21,078 bases of DNA from a bacterium (GTDB lineage: Bacteria; Zhuqueibacterota; Zhuqueibacteria; Residuimicrobiales; Krinioviventaceae). Shown here in pieces: positions 7,870 through 16,674 of this stretch. Positions within the stretch are counted from its first letter, which is position 1; each line of letters begins with the position of its first letter. Where the stretch lies: contig CAXXFV010000030.1 of the NCBI GenBank assembly GCA_963674595.2, positions 1-21,078 on the forward strand, in the 5' to 3' direction. Made by a program: the position numbers and the translations under genes. Below the pieces are notes generated by a model. It made no database searches, had not been told where the DNA came from, and was given only the letters and a program-made list of their open reading frames with translations.

Positions 7870-10800
7870 TTAACGAATTAATACCATTTTGCCTGTTTTT
7901 TCATAATTATTAACTGTTAAACGATAAAAATACAAGCCGGAACTAACCTGAAAACCGGTTTGGTTCTTTCCGTCCCATATTGTATGATAAACACCTGCCT
8001 TTCTTTTGCTGTTCACCAACATTTTAACCTTTTGTCCCAATATATTATAGATGGTTAACCTGACATGCCCCGATTCTGGAAGATGGTACTCGATATTTGT
8101 CACCGGGTTAAATGGGTTGGGATAGTTTTGTTTTAAATCATAGGATAAGGGTATCATATCCTGTTCTGATTGGACTGATGTATTTACATCAAAACCGTGG
8201 CCGCCGCCATAGGCGCCCATATCGTTTCGCACAGTCCCCCGGCTTGGTAAAAGCGCCTGTCCGGGATTCAAAACATCTTCGGGATCATTAAAAGCCGGAT
8301 CAGGATTACCGCGATCGATACATGGCGAACCTGATGCCAGCCTGTAATCATATAGATCAGAATTTATAAATTGAGGATTAGCGACAATATTTGTCGATCT
8401 CCAGTGTATATTAACTTTAAAATAATTATTAGTATAATACCCCCTGTTCCAATAAGACATCGTCGTGTCGATATCACAGTAATCCAGATCAACATAACAA
8501 GTCGACAATCTATAATAAGAATATGTATAAAATTCTTTACCATATCTGGCCTGATTATGCCAGATAATACTGTTATTGATGAACAGGGAATCAATAGAAT
8601 TCAGGTAAAATGCGCCTGCATTTTGTTGTGCATGATTAGCCGAAATGGTCACATTAGAAAGAATGATTTTTTTATTTGAACCGGCACAATAAAAGGCGCC
8701 TCCTTCGTTTGAATTATTATTACATATCATTGTATTATTAAAAATTGGAGATGAATTTTTTAAATATATAGCACCTTTCGAATCAGCCAGATTTTCAAAA
8801 AAATAACTGTTGGAAATAACAGGAGTTGATCCAACAACAAATAAAGCACTGCCATTATAAGCGTTGTTATTTTGAATGGTTGAATGGTTTATATAAGGTG
8901 ATGATTTGGAAATATAAACACCGCCTCCGTAATATGCCCGGTTATCTGAAATTGTAACATAATCCATATAGGGTGACGACTCTGAAATAAACAGCCCTCC
9001 GCCTTTTGAGTCCGAATAGGTCTGACGATTTTTGCAGTCTCTGATCAGACAATGACGTAATGTATCATCATCCTGGGAGGAAATTATTTTAATTCCCCCC
9101 CAACCTTTACTCGTATCAATAGCCATAAAACAAACAGGATCATCTAATGTTCCATTTACCTGCAGCCCGGCATTTTCAGGAATTTGTAATGAGCTGTTTT
9201 CAAGAAACAATAGCTCTGTACCGGCTGTGATAGTCAATATTTCGGATGAAGGAACATAAATATTTCCGGAAACTATATAAGGTCCTCCCTCTTTCTGTAA
9301 AATACCGTTTATGGGTCCTTCGGTTATCGTGGAACCTTTGTGGACGTTTCCAATAATTTTTATAATTGTGTTTTGATCATCATTTGTTTGTACGAGTATA
9401 CTTTTACTGAAAGGTCCGCTCAATAGAGAATCGGCCTTCATTTTAAAATGCAGGGTATCTATATGTCCGGATGTAACTTTTAAGGGGTTCAGGTTGTTCA
9501 AACATTGCATATTTACACTATCGGATAAAAGCACCTGTTTTATGCCCAAATCAGCAACACAGCCGTTTTTTAAATACAGATCAAAATTAACATCAGTACC
9601 TGGCTGTAAATAGCCAAGATCAACAGGATTTGGCGCTATTGTTAAATGCACTCTGGAAGTTTGGGCCGCACTTTTCGTCCCGCCATAAGCTCCCTGGTTT
9701 ACACGATAACCATGTGGAAATAACTCATCCTTCATATCATCATTCGGATCACCAGCATCGATGCTCGGAGAGCCCACATCAAGATGTAAATCAGCATCGA
9801 CAAACATCGGGTCCTGACTGATATTACTTTCCTGCCAGTCATAGACATTTTCATTTTTCAAATTGAGCCAGGATGATCGCGTCGTATCAATATTAGAATA
9901 GGACATATCTATATAATCAGTCTTGTTCATATAACAAAAAGTATAATAGGTTGCAATATTGTGCCAAAAAATACAATTTTTCATCAACACCTTATTACCG
10001 CCTGCCAAGTCAAAGGAACTTCCCTTGATATAGGATGATTTATTAAATGCGCAAGTAACATTTGTTAATTCCAATGTCGAATTAACACTGCGAAATGCCG
10101 AACCTGTATTAGCATCATTATACATAACACTGCTATAATTCATTTTCAGGTGGCATTGTGAGAGATAAAAGGCACTTCCGGATGATAATGAATGATTATT
10201 TCTGAAACAACAATGTGAAATGGAAACAGATGCACTGTCTCCATAAAAACCGACACCATTTGTGTCATTTGTATTATTATAAATACAGGAATGAGACAGA
10301 GTAAGGTCAGAATTATCGGTTCTAACAGCACAGGCCGGAAAACTGTTAAAATATTCATCCGTAAAAGTACGGACGCCAAAAATATTACAAAAACCCAGGG
10401 TATCATCATCTTCGGAATGATTAAAATAAAGACCAAGCCACCCTTTTGAGGTATCAGCCGCGTAAAAATAGATACTGTCATTTTCAGTGCCCATTGCTTT
10501 CAGTTGAGCGCCTGTACCGATTGTTAAACGGTAAGGACCGTTGAATTTGACATGTACACCCGGTTCAATAACAAGCGACTTGTTTTCCTGTATATTGATA
10601 TTTCCCAAAACAGTATAAGGACTTGATTCTTTGGTCCAGACACCACTGACATTGCCCGCTTTTACAACAGAGTCTTCAACTCCTGTCCCTGTAACATGCA
10701 GCGTTTCAGAAGGACAATTGGAACAATGAAATACAACACTCGATATATTTTCATCATTTCCCTGTTGAGGATCGTATATGATCGAAAAACTGTCCACCAT

Positions 10801-13800
10801 GCCCGGTTGTAACACTGTTATATCATTAAATTGAGATATTTTAAAATCTGTTGTGTCTGTTAATACGATAGATGAAATGTTAATGGCCTCGTTACAGCCG
10901 TTTTTGCAATAAACGGTTTTACTGACCGGTTGCCCGATAGTAACCAATCCAAACGCCAGCTCAGAAGGTGCAACGGTCAGGAACACGCCTTCTGTTACAG
11001 CCGCTTTATCAGTTCCGCCCCAGGCGCCCATATTTCTGCGAAAACCGTGAGGAAAGGGTTCATTACCCAGCGGATCATTCGGATTAGCGGTATCAATACA
11101 CGGCGAACCGGTTTGAAGCAGGCCGTTACTGTCAGCAAAAAGCGGATCCCGGCATAAATTACCCGGTCCCCAGTGAAATCCGGAGTTTAATTCTTCTTTT
11201 ACTAATAATTGTTTCGACAGTGTATCAATATTCGAATAAGCTATATCAATAAAATAATCATCATAGGTATCTATAACAGCACCATCTGTAATTTCATTGT
11301 CCCATATAATTGAATTCCAGATATTTAGACAAGACATTTGATAAAGATATATTAATCTCGACGCCGTATTTTGTTTAACAGTGTTATTATTAAACGTTAC
11401 CTGACTGTTTGAATAAATATCAACTAAATGACTTGTTATATTATCGCAAAAAAGAGTTTGCTCTATAAGAGGATTTGAATTATATATTTCCAAGAGTCCA
11501 TTGTGAGTAGTATTATTTGAGAACCGGCAATTTGATAAAACCAAATTTGAAGAAGATAAATCCAATAAACTCGCATAACTTGTTACCGTATTATTTTCAA
11601 AGAAGGTATTCTGAAAAACAGTTGAAGAACCGACAAAACGGAATACCTCTCTATATCCAGAATGTGATACACTTGAAATGTTATTATTAAAAACATGACA
11701 ATAGGCAAGTGTATCATCATCTCCGGTACTATAAAAATAAAAACCGGACCAATATTCGGCATCTTCATCCATTGTTATTGAAATAGAATCATCCGGCAAT
11801 CCCATAGCAAGGAACTGGGCATCCGGATAAATCATAATTTGACAATCACCCATAACAATGATATCCACTCCCGGATGAATATTGAGCCGCTGACCGTCCG
11901 GGACAAAAATATCACCAAAAATACAATAGGGACTGTTTTCTTTGGTCCATTCACCATAGACTTGTCCGGCATTAATAACTGTTCCGATGGCGGGTCGAAC
12001 CCGTACCGGAACAGACTTGAATTTATCTTTATCATATTCTATATTAACCGTATCAGTAACAACTTTGGCTTGATCGCCGATGTAATTTATTTTTATTTGT
12101 AAAGAGTCTCCGGACATTAATGACACAGGCTCAAAAGCTGATTTTTCATTTTGAAAATTCAGGCTAAAATTTGTATTATTATTCAAATAAATATCATCAA
12201 CATCAATATTGTAAAGTGATCCATTTTTAAGCCAAATGGCTTTTTCGTGATGCTCTCCTATTTTTACAGGTCCAAAATCCACCATAACCGGTGCAACAGT
12301 CAGTTTTTTACGGGTTGTTTTTGCTGCTTCCGACGTACCGCCATAAAAGCCAAGGTTCCGACGGTAGCCATTTGGAAAAGGTTCGCCACCTACAGGATAT
12401 TCCGGATTTGCCGCATCAATACAGGGCGACAATTCACTCAAATGAAAGTCATAATTTTCAGCATCAACAAACATCGGATCAGAAGGTAAAATATAATCAC
12501 CAAGTAAAAAATTCTGTGGATACATTGGATTATCAGATACAAACTGCCAGTTTTCTTTGGTCGTATCAATACTACAAAAATTAATATAACAGGAAGATTC
12601 TCTGTGGACCTCTGAACTCAACTCATGACCAATGTTGGAATTACTTTTATTGTCCCAAAGAATTGAATTATTAACAACCAAATCAATTGCAAAAATAGAA
12701 CCAACTAAAGCAATTCCACCACCTTTATTGCCGGCAGAATTACGAACAATCGTTGAGTAATTAACAGACAGATTACCCTTTGTTAATCCAATAGCACCAC
12801 CGGTTTTATCCGCCCTATTGTATCCAATCAAGCAATTTTGTATGTTCAGTTGCGGGCCGGTAAATTGAATGCCGGCTCCGGTTGCAGCGGTATTGTTTAA
12901 TATTTTAGAGTTAAAAATATTAAAAACATAATCCGGATCGCTTGAAGACGAAGAAACAGAATATTGACAAACAGCACCGCCACTGGAATTGGCATGATTA
13001 TTTTGAAATAAACAATCCGTAATTATCGGAAATCCCTTGACAAAATAGGCAGCACCGCCATTATTTGCCTGGTTATATTCAAAAGTACAATAGCTTATAT
13101 TAGGAGAAGATATATTTGAATAGATAGCACCTCCTAATTCCGCTATATTATGCTCAAAAATACACTGTTCAATAAATGGAGAACTATTATCGGCATAAAT
13201 CACACCTCCCATTTTAGAACTTTCACCTGAATAGCTAAATTGACAATAAGACAATGTATCATCATGGTTGCTGTTGATGAGATCAATACCATTCCAAAAA
13301 ATACCTTCCTGGTCAGGTATAAACAAGACCGGTTCTTCTTCCGTGCCCTGAGCAATCAATTGAGCATACTCTCCGACAGTCAATTTATAATGATTAAAAA
13401 ATCGTACCTGTACGCCTTTCTTTATAATCAATGACTTTCCCTTTATTACCTGAATATCGCCGCCTATAAAATAGGGACTTTTATCCCTGGTCCAGACACC
13501 GTAAACATCGCCACCATAAATGACAGTGCCCTGTGTCGGCAAACCATATCCTTTTAGATTAAGCAACAAATAACGATGCACACCATTGGTTAAGGCCCTT
13601 ATCTGCAATGTCCCGCTATATTCCCGAAAAGTATCCGGCAGACAGGCAACATAAAACGTCCTGCTTTCATTTGGATTTATTGTATAAGGCCCGATTTCCG
13701 ATAAAAAATCTGCATTATCCTGGCTAATATAAAAATATTCTGAACAGGATAATTTTGATATTTCAATGGGTACTGTTCCATTGTTGGTTAAGGTAAAAGA

Positions 13801-15069
13801 TTCTGCCTCAGAAAGTGTGTTAACAACCGAACCGGGTAAAAAAAGACTGTTTTTATTCGTTTCCAGTTTGGTGTTATTATCCAGAGAGGGATAAATATTT
13901 AAAATGCCGTTATAAATTTTTTCAAAATCAGCAGGGATTTCTTGCGGGATGTGATACCACGCTTGTGTAATTTGGTCCGGGCTGCCGCTGCCCCAGCCAA
14001 AATTTAAATGAAAGAATTCATCTGTGTTATAACCATCCACAACAATGGCGTGACCTAATAGTGTTAACAAGGCCGGCTGCCCATTCATCATATTTTCTTT
14101 TAATTGATCATAAAATTGGAGCCAGGTTTCCAGATAATAATCTCCGGACTTGTACCCCAATTTATTTACAAGGGCATTGGGGACATTCTGAGGAAGGGCC
14201 GCAGAACTTTGCCCCAGATAATCCATCTTGATTAGTATACCACAAACAAAATTCAAGGCGGCTATTTCATCTTCACTGGGTGTAATATCACTTTCATACT
14301 TATTCTGCAACCGGGTTAAGAGGGTATTTAGAGTCCTGAAAGACGGAAAATCACAGCGGGTGCTGTCTAAATCAATAGTAATTCGACGAGTTTTCGTAGT
14401 ATAAATATCATCCAACGTTAGTTGTAGTGATCCGATAAACTGATGATAATTTACTATTTGCGCCAACGCCGTCGCCACACAACCGACCGGCGTGCGATTG
14501 TTTGTAGTTGTATCTATGGGACAGTATTTACGATATGGTATATTTTGGTTCCAGGTGGTCTCTACCCAGCCGCCTGTTATTGTGGTATTGGGATCGGGAA
14601 ACTGTTCAAATGTTGCTACATCATCCGTCGTTAATTTTTCTGAGGAGAGACGCATCCACATGGTTTGGTTCTTTTGCTTAACAGCATCTGATATTTGTTC
14701 TTTATGCTGATACAAATATCCTATATTTTTTCGTAAAAAGCTGTGAAACTGATTGGTGGAAACCGGATTCCATTTCTGAGTTAGAGAATAACATAACACC
14801 GGATAAAAATCCCTATCCGGCGAAAGGACAACAAAACCCTGGGGTGAAAGTTCAACAACATAACCCAGCAAAAGGTCTTTGTCTTTAAACTCTGAAATGC
14901 CGGATTGGCTAAAATTTTGTAAAGATAAATTTGATTTTGAAGAATTTGAATTAATGGAAATGAGAAAATTTTCAGCAACATGAGAGATTGGATTTTGTGG
15001 AGAAGTGAAAGAGTACAAGGAATGAACTTGAATGGTCAGATAAATAACTAAAAGCCAATTCTTTCTCAT
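7870..15069 (-). CDS. Secreted 2399-aa peptidase C10 (streptopain-like) with propeptide, four [Ig-like + right-handed beta-helix] modules and an FlgD-Ig/T9SS-type C-terminal domain
   Basis: Signal peptide; propeptide-like GFVVLSPD..YPVLCYS; WNQ..PY..YCP, VGCVATALAQI (Cys197), GHAIVVDGY (His340) and HLNFGWG; FxxN-x-GGA repeats; four SP(C/S)ID...NxGx(Y/W)GG endings; C-terminal LKQNYPNPFNP...SSGLYFYRL...KMVLIR. Confidence 0.88.
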   Translation of the reverse strand: MRKNWLLVIYLTIQVHSLYSFTSPQNPISHVAENFLISINSNSSKSNLSLQNFSQSGISEFKDKDLLLGYVVELSPQGFVVLSPDRDFYPVLCYSLTQKWNPVSTNQFHSFLRKNIGYLYQHKEQISDAVKQKNQTMWMRLSSEKLTTDDVATFEQFPDPNTTITGGWVETTWNQNIPYRKYCPIDTTTNNRTPVGCVATALAQIVNYHQFIGSLQLTLDDIYTTKTRRITIDLDSTRCDFPSFRTLNTLLTRLQNKYESDITPSEDEIAALNFVCGILIKMDYLGQSSAALPQNVPNALVNKLGYKSGDYYLETWLQFYDQLKENMMNGQPALLTLLGHAIVVDGYNTDEFFHLNFGWGSGSPDQITQAWYHIPQEIPADFEKIYNGILNIYPSLDNNTKLETNKNSLFLPGSVVNTLSEAESFTLTNNGTVPIEISKLSCSEYFYISQDNADFLSEIGPYTINPNESRTFYVACLPDTFREYSGTLQIRALTNGVHRYLLLNLKGYGLPTQGTVIYGGDVYGVWTRDKSPYFIGGDIQVIKGKSLIIKKGVQVRFFNHYKLTVGEYAQLIAQGTEEEPVLFIPDQEGIFWNGIDLINSNHDDTLSYCQFSYSGESSKMGGVIYADNSSPFIEQCIFEHNIAELGGAIYSNISSPNISYCTFEYNQANNGGAAYFVKGFPIITDCLFQNNHANSSGGAVCQYSVSSSSSDPDYVFNIFNSKILNNTAATGAGIQFTGPQLNIQNCLIGYNRADKTGGAIGLTKGNLSVNYSTIVRNSAGNKGGGIALVGSIFAIDLVVNNSILWDNKSNSNIGHELSSEVHRESSCYINFCSIDTTKENWQFVSDNPMYPQNFLLGDYILPSDPMFVDAENYDFHLSELSPCIDAANPEYPVGGEPFPNGYRRNLGFYGGTSEAAKTTRKKLTVAPVMVDFGPVKIGEHHEKAIWLKNGSLYNIDVDDIYLNNNTNFSLNFQNEKSAFEPVSLMSGDSLQIKINYIGDQAKVVTDTVNIEYDKDKFKSVPVRVRPAIGTVINAGQVYGEWTKENSPYCIFGDIFVPDGQRLNIHPGVDIIVMGDCQIMIYPDAQFLAMGLPDDSISITMDEDAEYWSGFYFYSTGDDDTLAYCHVFNNNISSVSHSGYREVFRFVGSSTVFQNTFFENNTVTSYASLLDLSSSNLVLSNCRFSNNTTHNGLLEIYNSNPLIEQTLFCDNITSHLVDIYSNSQVTFNNNTVKQNTASRLIYLYQMSCLNIWNSIIWDNEITDGAVIDTYDDYFIDIAYSNIDTLSKQLLVKEELNSGFHWGPGNLCRDPLFADSNGLLQTGSPCIDTANPNDPLGNEPFPHGFRRNMGAWGGTDKAAVTEGVFLTVAPSELAFGLVTIGQPVSKTVYCKNGCNEAINISSIVLTDTTDFKISQFNDITVLQPGMVDSFSIIYDPQQGNDENISSVVFHCSNCPSETLHVTGTGVEDSVVKAGNVSGVWTKESSPYTVLGNINIQENKSLVIEPGVHVKFNGPYRLTIGTGAQLKAMGTENDSIYFYAADTSKGWLGLYFNHSEDDDTLGFCNIFGVRTFTDEYFNSFPACAVRTDNSDLTLSHSCIYNNTNDTNGVGFYGDSASVSISHCCFRNNHSLSSGSAFYLSQCHLKMNYSSVMYNDANTGSAFRSVNSTLELTNVTCAFNKSSYIKGSSFDLAGGNKVLMKNCIFWHNIATYYTFCYMNKTDYIDMSYSNIDTTRSSWLNLKNENVYDWQESNISQDPMFVDADLHLDVGSPSIDAGDPNDDMKDELFPHGYRVNQGAYGGTKSAAQTSRVHLTIAPNPVDLGYLQPGTDVNFDLYLKNGCVADLGIKQVLLSDSVNMQCLNNLNPLKVTSGHIDTLHFKMKADSLLSGPFSKSILVQTNDDQNTIIKIIGNVHKGSTITEGPINGILQKEGGPYIVSGNIYVPSSEILTITAGTELLFLENSSLQIPENAGLQVNGTLDDPVCFMAIDTSKGWGGIKIISSQDDDTLRHCLIRDCKNRQTYSDSKGGGLFISESSPYMDYVTISDNRAYYGGGVYISKSSPYINHSTIQNNNAYNGSALFVVGSTPVISNSYFFENLADSKGAIYLKNSSPIFNNTMICNNNSNEGGAFYCAGSNKKIILSNVTISANHAQQNAGAFYLNSIDSLFINNSIIWHNQARYGKEFYTYSYYRLSTCYVDLDYCDIDTTMSYWNRGYYTNNYFKVNIHWRSTNIVANPQFINSDLYDYRLASGSPCIDRGNPDPAFNDPEDVLNPGQALLPSRGTVRNDMGAYGGGHGFDVNTSVQSEQDMIPLSYDLKQNYPNPFNPVTNIEYHLPESGHVRLTIYNILGQKVKMLVNSKRKAGVYHTIWDGKNQTGFQVSSGLYFYRLTVNNYEKTGKMVLIR
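8200..13870 (-). repeat. Four diverged intragenic modules of about 440-520 aa (approximate starts 13870, 12303, 10985, 9650)
   Basis: Recurring motifs in order: LT(V/I)AP...KNG (modules 2-4), GxWTKxxSPY, WxG...DDTLxxC, and DPxF...SPCID...EPFPxGxRxNxGxxGG. Similarity is clear at the protein level; boundaries are approximate. Confidence 0.8.
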
Positions 15070-15108
15070 AATGACCCCGCTTTTAAAAGCTTTATTTGAT
15101 ATTTATTA

Positions 15109-15137
15109 AAAATAAAAGGTCCCCCGCTAAAAGTCAA
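15109..15137 (-). promoter_or_regulatory. Sigma70-type promoter for the C10 protease gene
   Basis: TTGACT (15137-15132), 17 nt, TATTTT (15114-15109). A GCGGGGT ribosome-site-like motif precedes ATG 15069. Confidence 0.55.
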
Positions 15138-15145
15138 TTTATATT

Positions 15146-16598
15146 TTAATTATTTTTGTTATCAACATGTCTCAGTTTATTTTGAATTATTTTTTGTTCT
15201 TCCGCTTGTTTTAGAGCATACTTGAAATTGTCATTGTTAAATTGAAAATTATATTTTTTTAACAATTTTTCACGAACCTGATTTTTTATTTCCCTTTTCA
15301 ATTCTAAGAGACTCTTTTCTTAAAAAAACGGCTTTATTACCAGGATCAATGTCAGTAACATTTTTTATAGAGTCTATTTTGGTTTTTACAACAGAAGAAA
15401 CAGTATCGTTATAATATTTTGAACGTAATAAATGATCATTTAATTGTTGGATTTGTTCCATTACAACAGGGTGCCTGGATAATTCCGACGTTTTAGCATA
15501 ATTGGCAATCAATGTTCTTCGGGAATATTGGTCCAGTAATTTTCTCAAGTCTTTAACCGTTTCAGGTGTTTGTTTTCCTTCACGTAAAATATCAAACAAT
15601 GTAATAGAACCGCCTGAAAATACGGCAATTTTTTGCAACAAGTCTTTTTCCTGTAATTTGGACAAATCAATCATTGAAAACGGATGACCAGGCTTGCCGG
15701 ATGCTTTTTTAATGAGAGCGTCAAATTCTTTATCATCAACATGAAACTTGTAGAGGTCTGATAATTTTTCAAACAACTCTTGAACTTTATTATTGACCAG
15801 ATGTTGTCTGCTATGTTCCAAACCTTGCCGAATCCGGGGTGCTGCTTCATTAAAAGGTGGCCTTGCAACCTCACGTTTATCTTCTTTTAAAATAATATAA
15901 TACCCTTCATAACCGCGAACCGGTTCGGAAAACGCACCCATTTTCAGGGTATCCATTACGGCACGAAGCACACCATCGCCCAGGGATTCGCGGATAACCC
16001 AGCCCAAATCGCCTCCCTTAGCGCTTGTGGTAACGTCCTGAGAATATTTTTTTGCTGCTTCCTGAAAATCTTTTCCTTTTTTTAACAACTGATATATATA
16101 TTGAATAGAATCTTTTTGTGCTTGCTCCAATTCCAAAGTTGATGCTGTTAAAACCGGACGAATAATATACCGCATTCTATATTGCGGAGAAAATTCGTTA
16201 TAATATTTTTGTATGAGGCTATCGGTTACTATAGAATCAACAATTACTTTTCTTACAAAAATTTTATAAAGTATTTTCTGCTCATTGACATTCAAAAGCT
16301 TTTGTATATTTGCAGCCGTGTCAATTTTACCTTCAAGCGCTTCAAAAACAGCTATTTTTTCAAATGCCTTTTCTTTGACAACTTCTGTTAAATTTTCTCT
16401 TGTCGGCATTTGATCCGGTTTATATTGTGTACTGAGAAGATAGTGGTCAAGGTAGTCCTGGACAGTTATCTGACCATTATTAAAAGTTGCCAAAGTCTGT
16501 TTATTGCTTTTTTGACAAAAAACAAGCAGCAACATTACGATTAAAATGAAAGGAATAATCCGTATACCGTTTTTTGCATTATCAAAATTCCTAAACAT
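15146..16598 (-). CDS. PrsA/SurA-like parvulin (PpiC-type) chaperone, probable lipoprotein. As read it stops at 15270; an apparent extra base near 15293 hides a C-terminus ending at 15146
   Basis: Hydrophobic leader ending LVFC; GKDFQEAAKKYSQD..SAKGGDLGW...FSEPVRGYEGYYII parvulin core. The alternative frame continues EIKNQVREKLLKKYNFQFNNDNF...NKNN*. Confidence 0.8.
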
Positions 16599-16619
16599 CG
16601 AGTCCTCATCTTGTTATTA

Positions 16620-16657
16620 AATAATAAAATGGGATTGCCTTAAAAGACAATCCCATT
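16620..16657 (-). terminator. Intrinsic terminator after the repeat-protein gene
   Basis: Minus strand AATGGGATTGTCT-TTTA-AGGCAATCCCATT forms a 13-bp stem with one G.U pair, followed by TTATTATTT. It begins 17 nt after the stop codon. Confidence 0.8.
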
Positions 16658-16674
16658 ATAAAACCCAGGGTAAA

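Noticed and set aside
7870-15069. Autotransporter (Pmp-like) call for the large protein
   Set aside because: It has GGA/FxxN repeats but ends in an FlgD-Ig/T9SS-type domain rather than a beta-barrel with a terminal aromatic residue.
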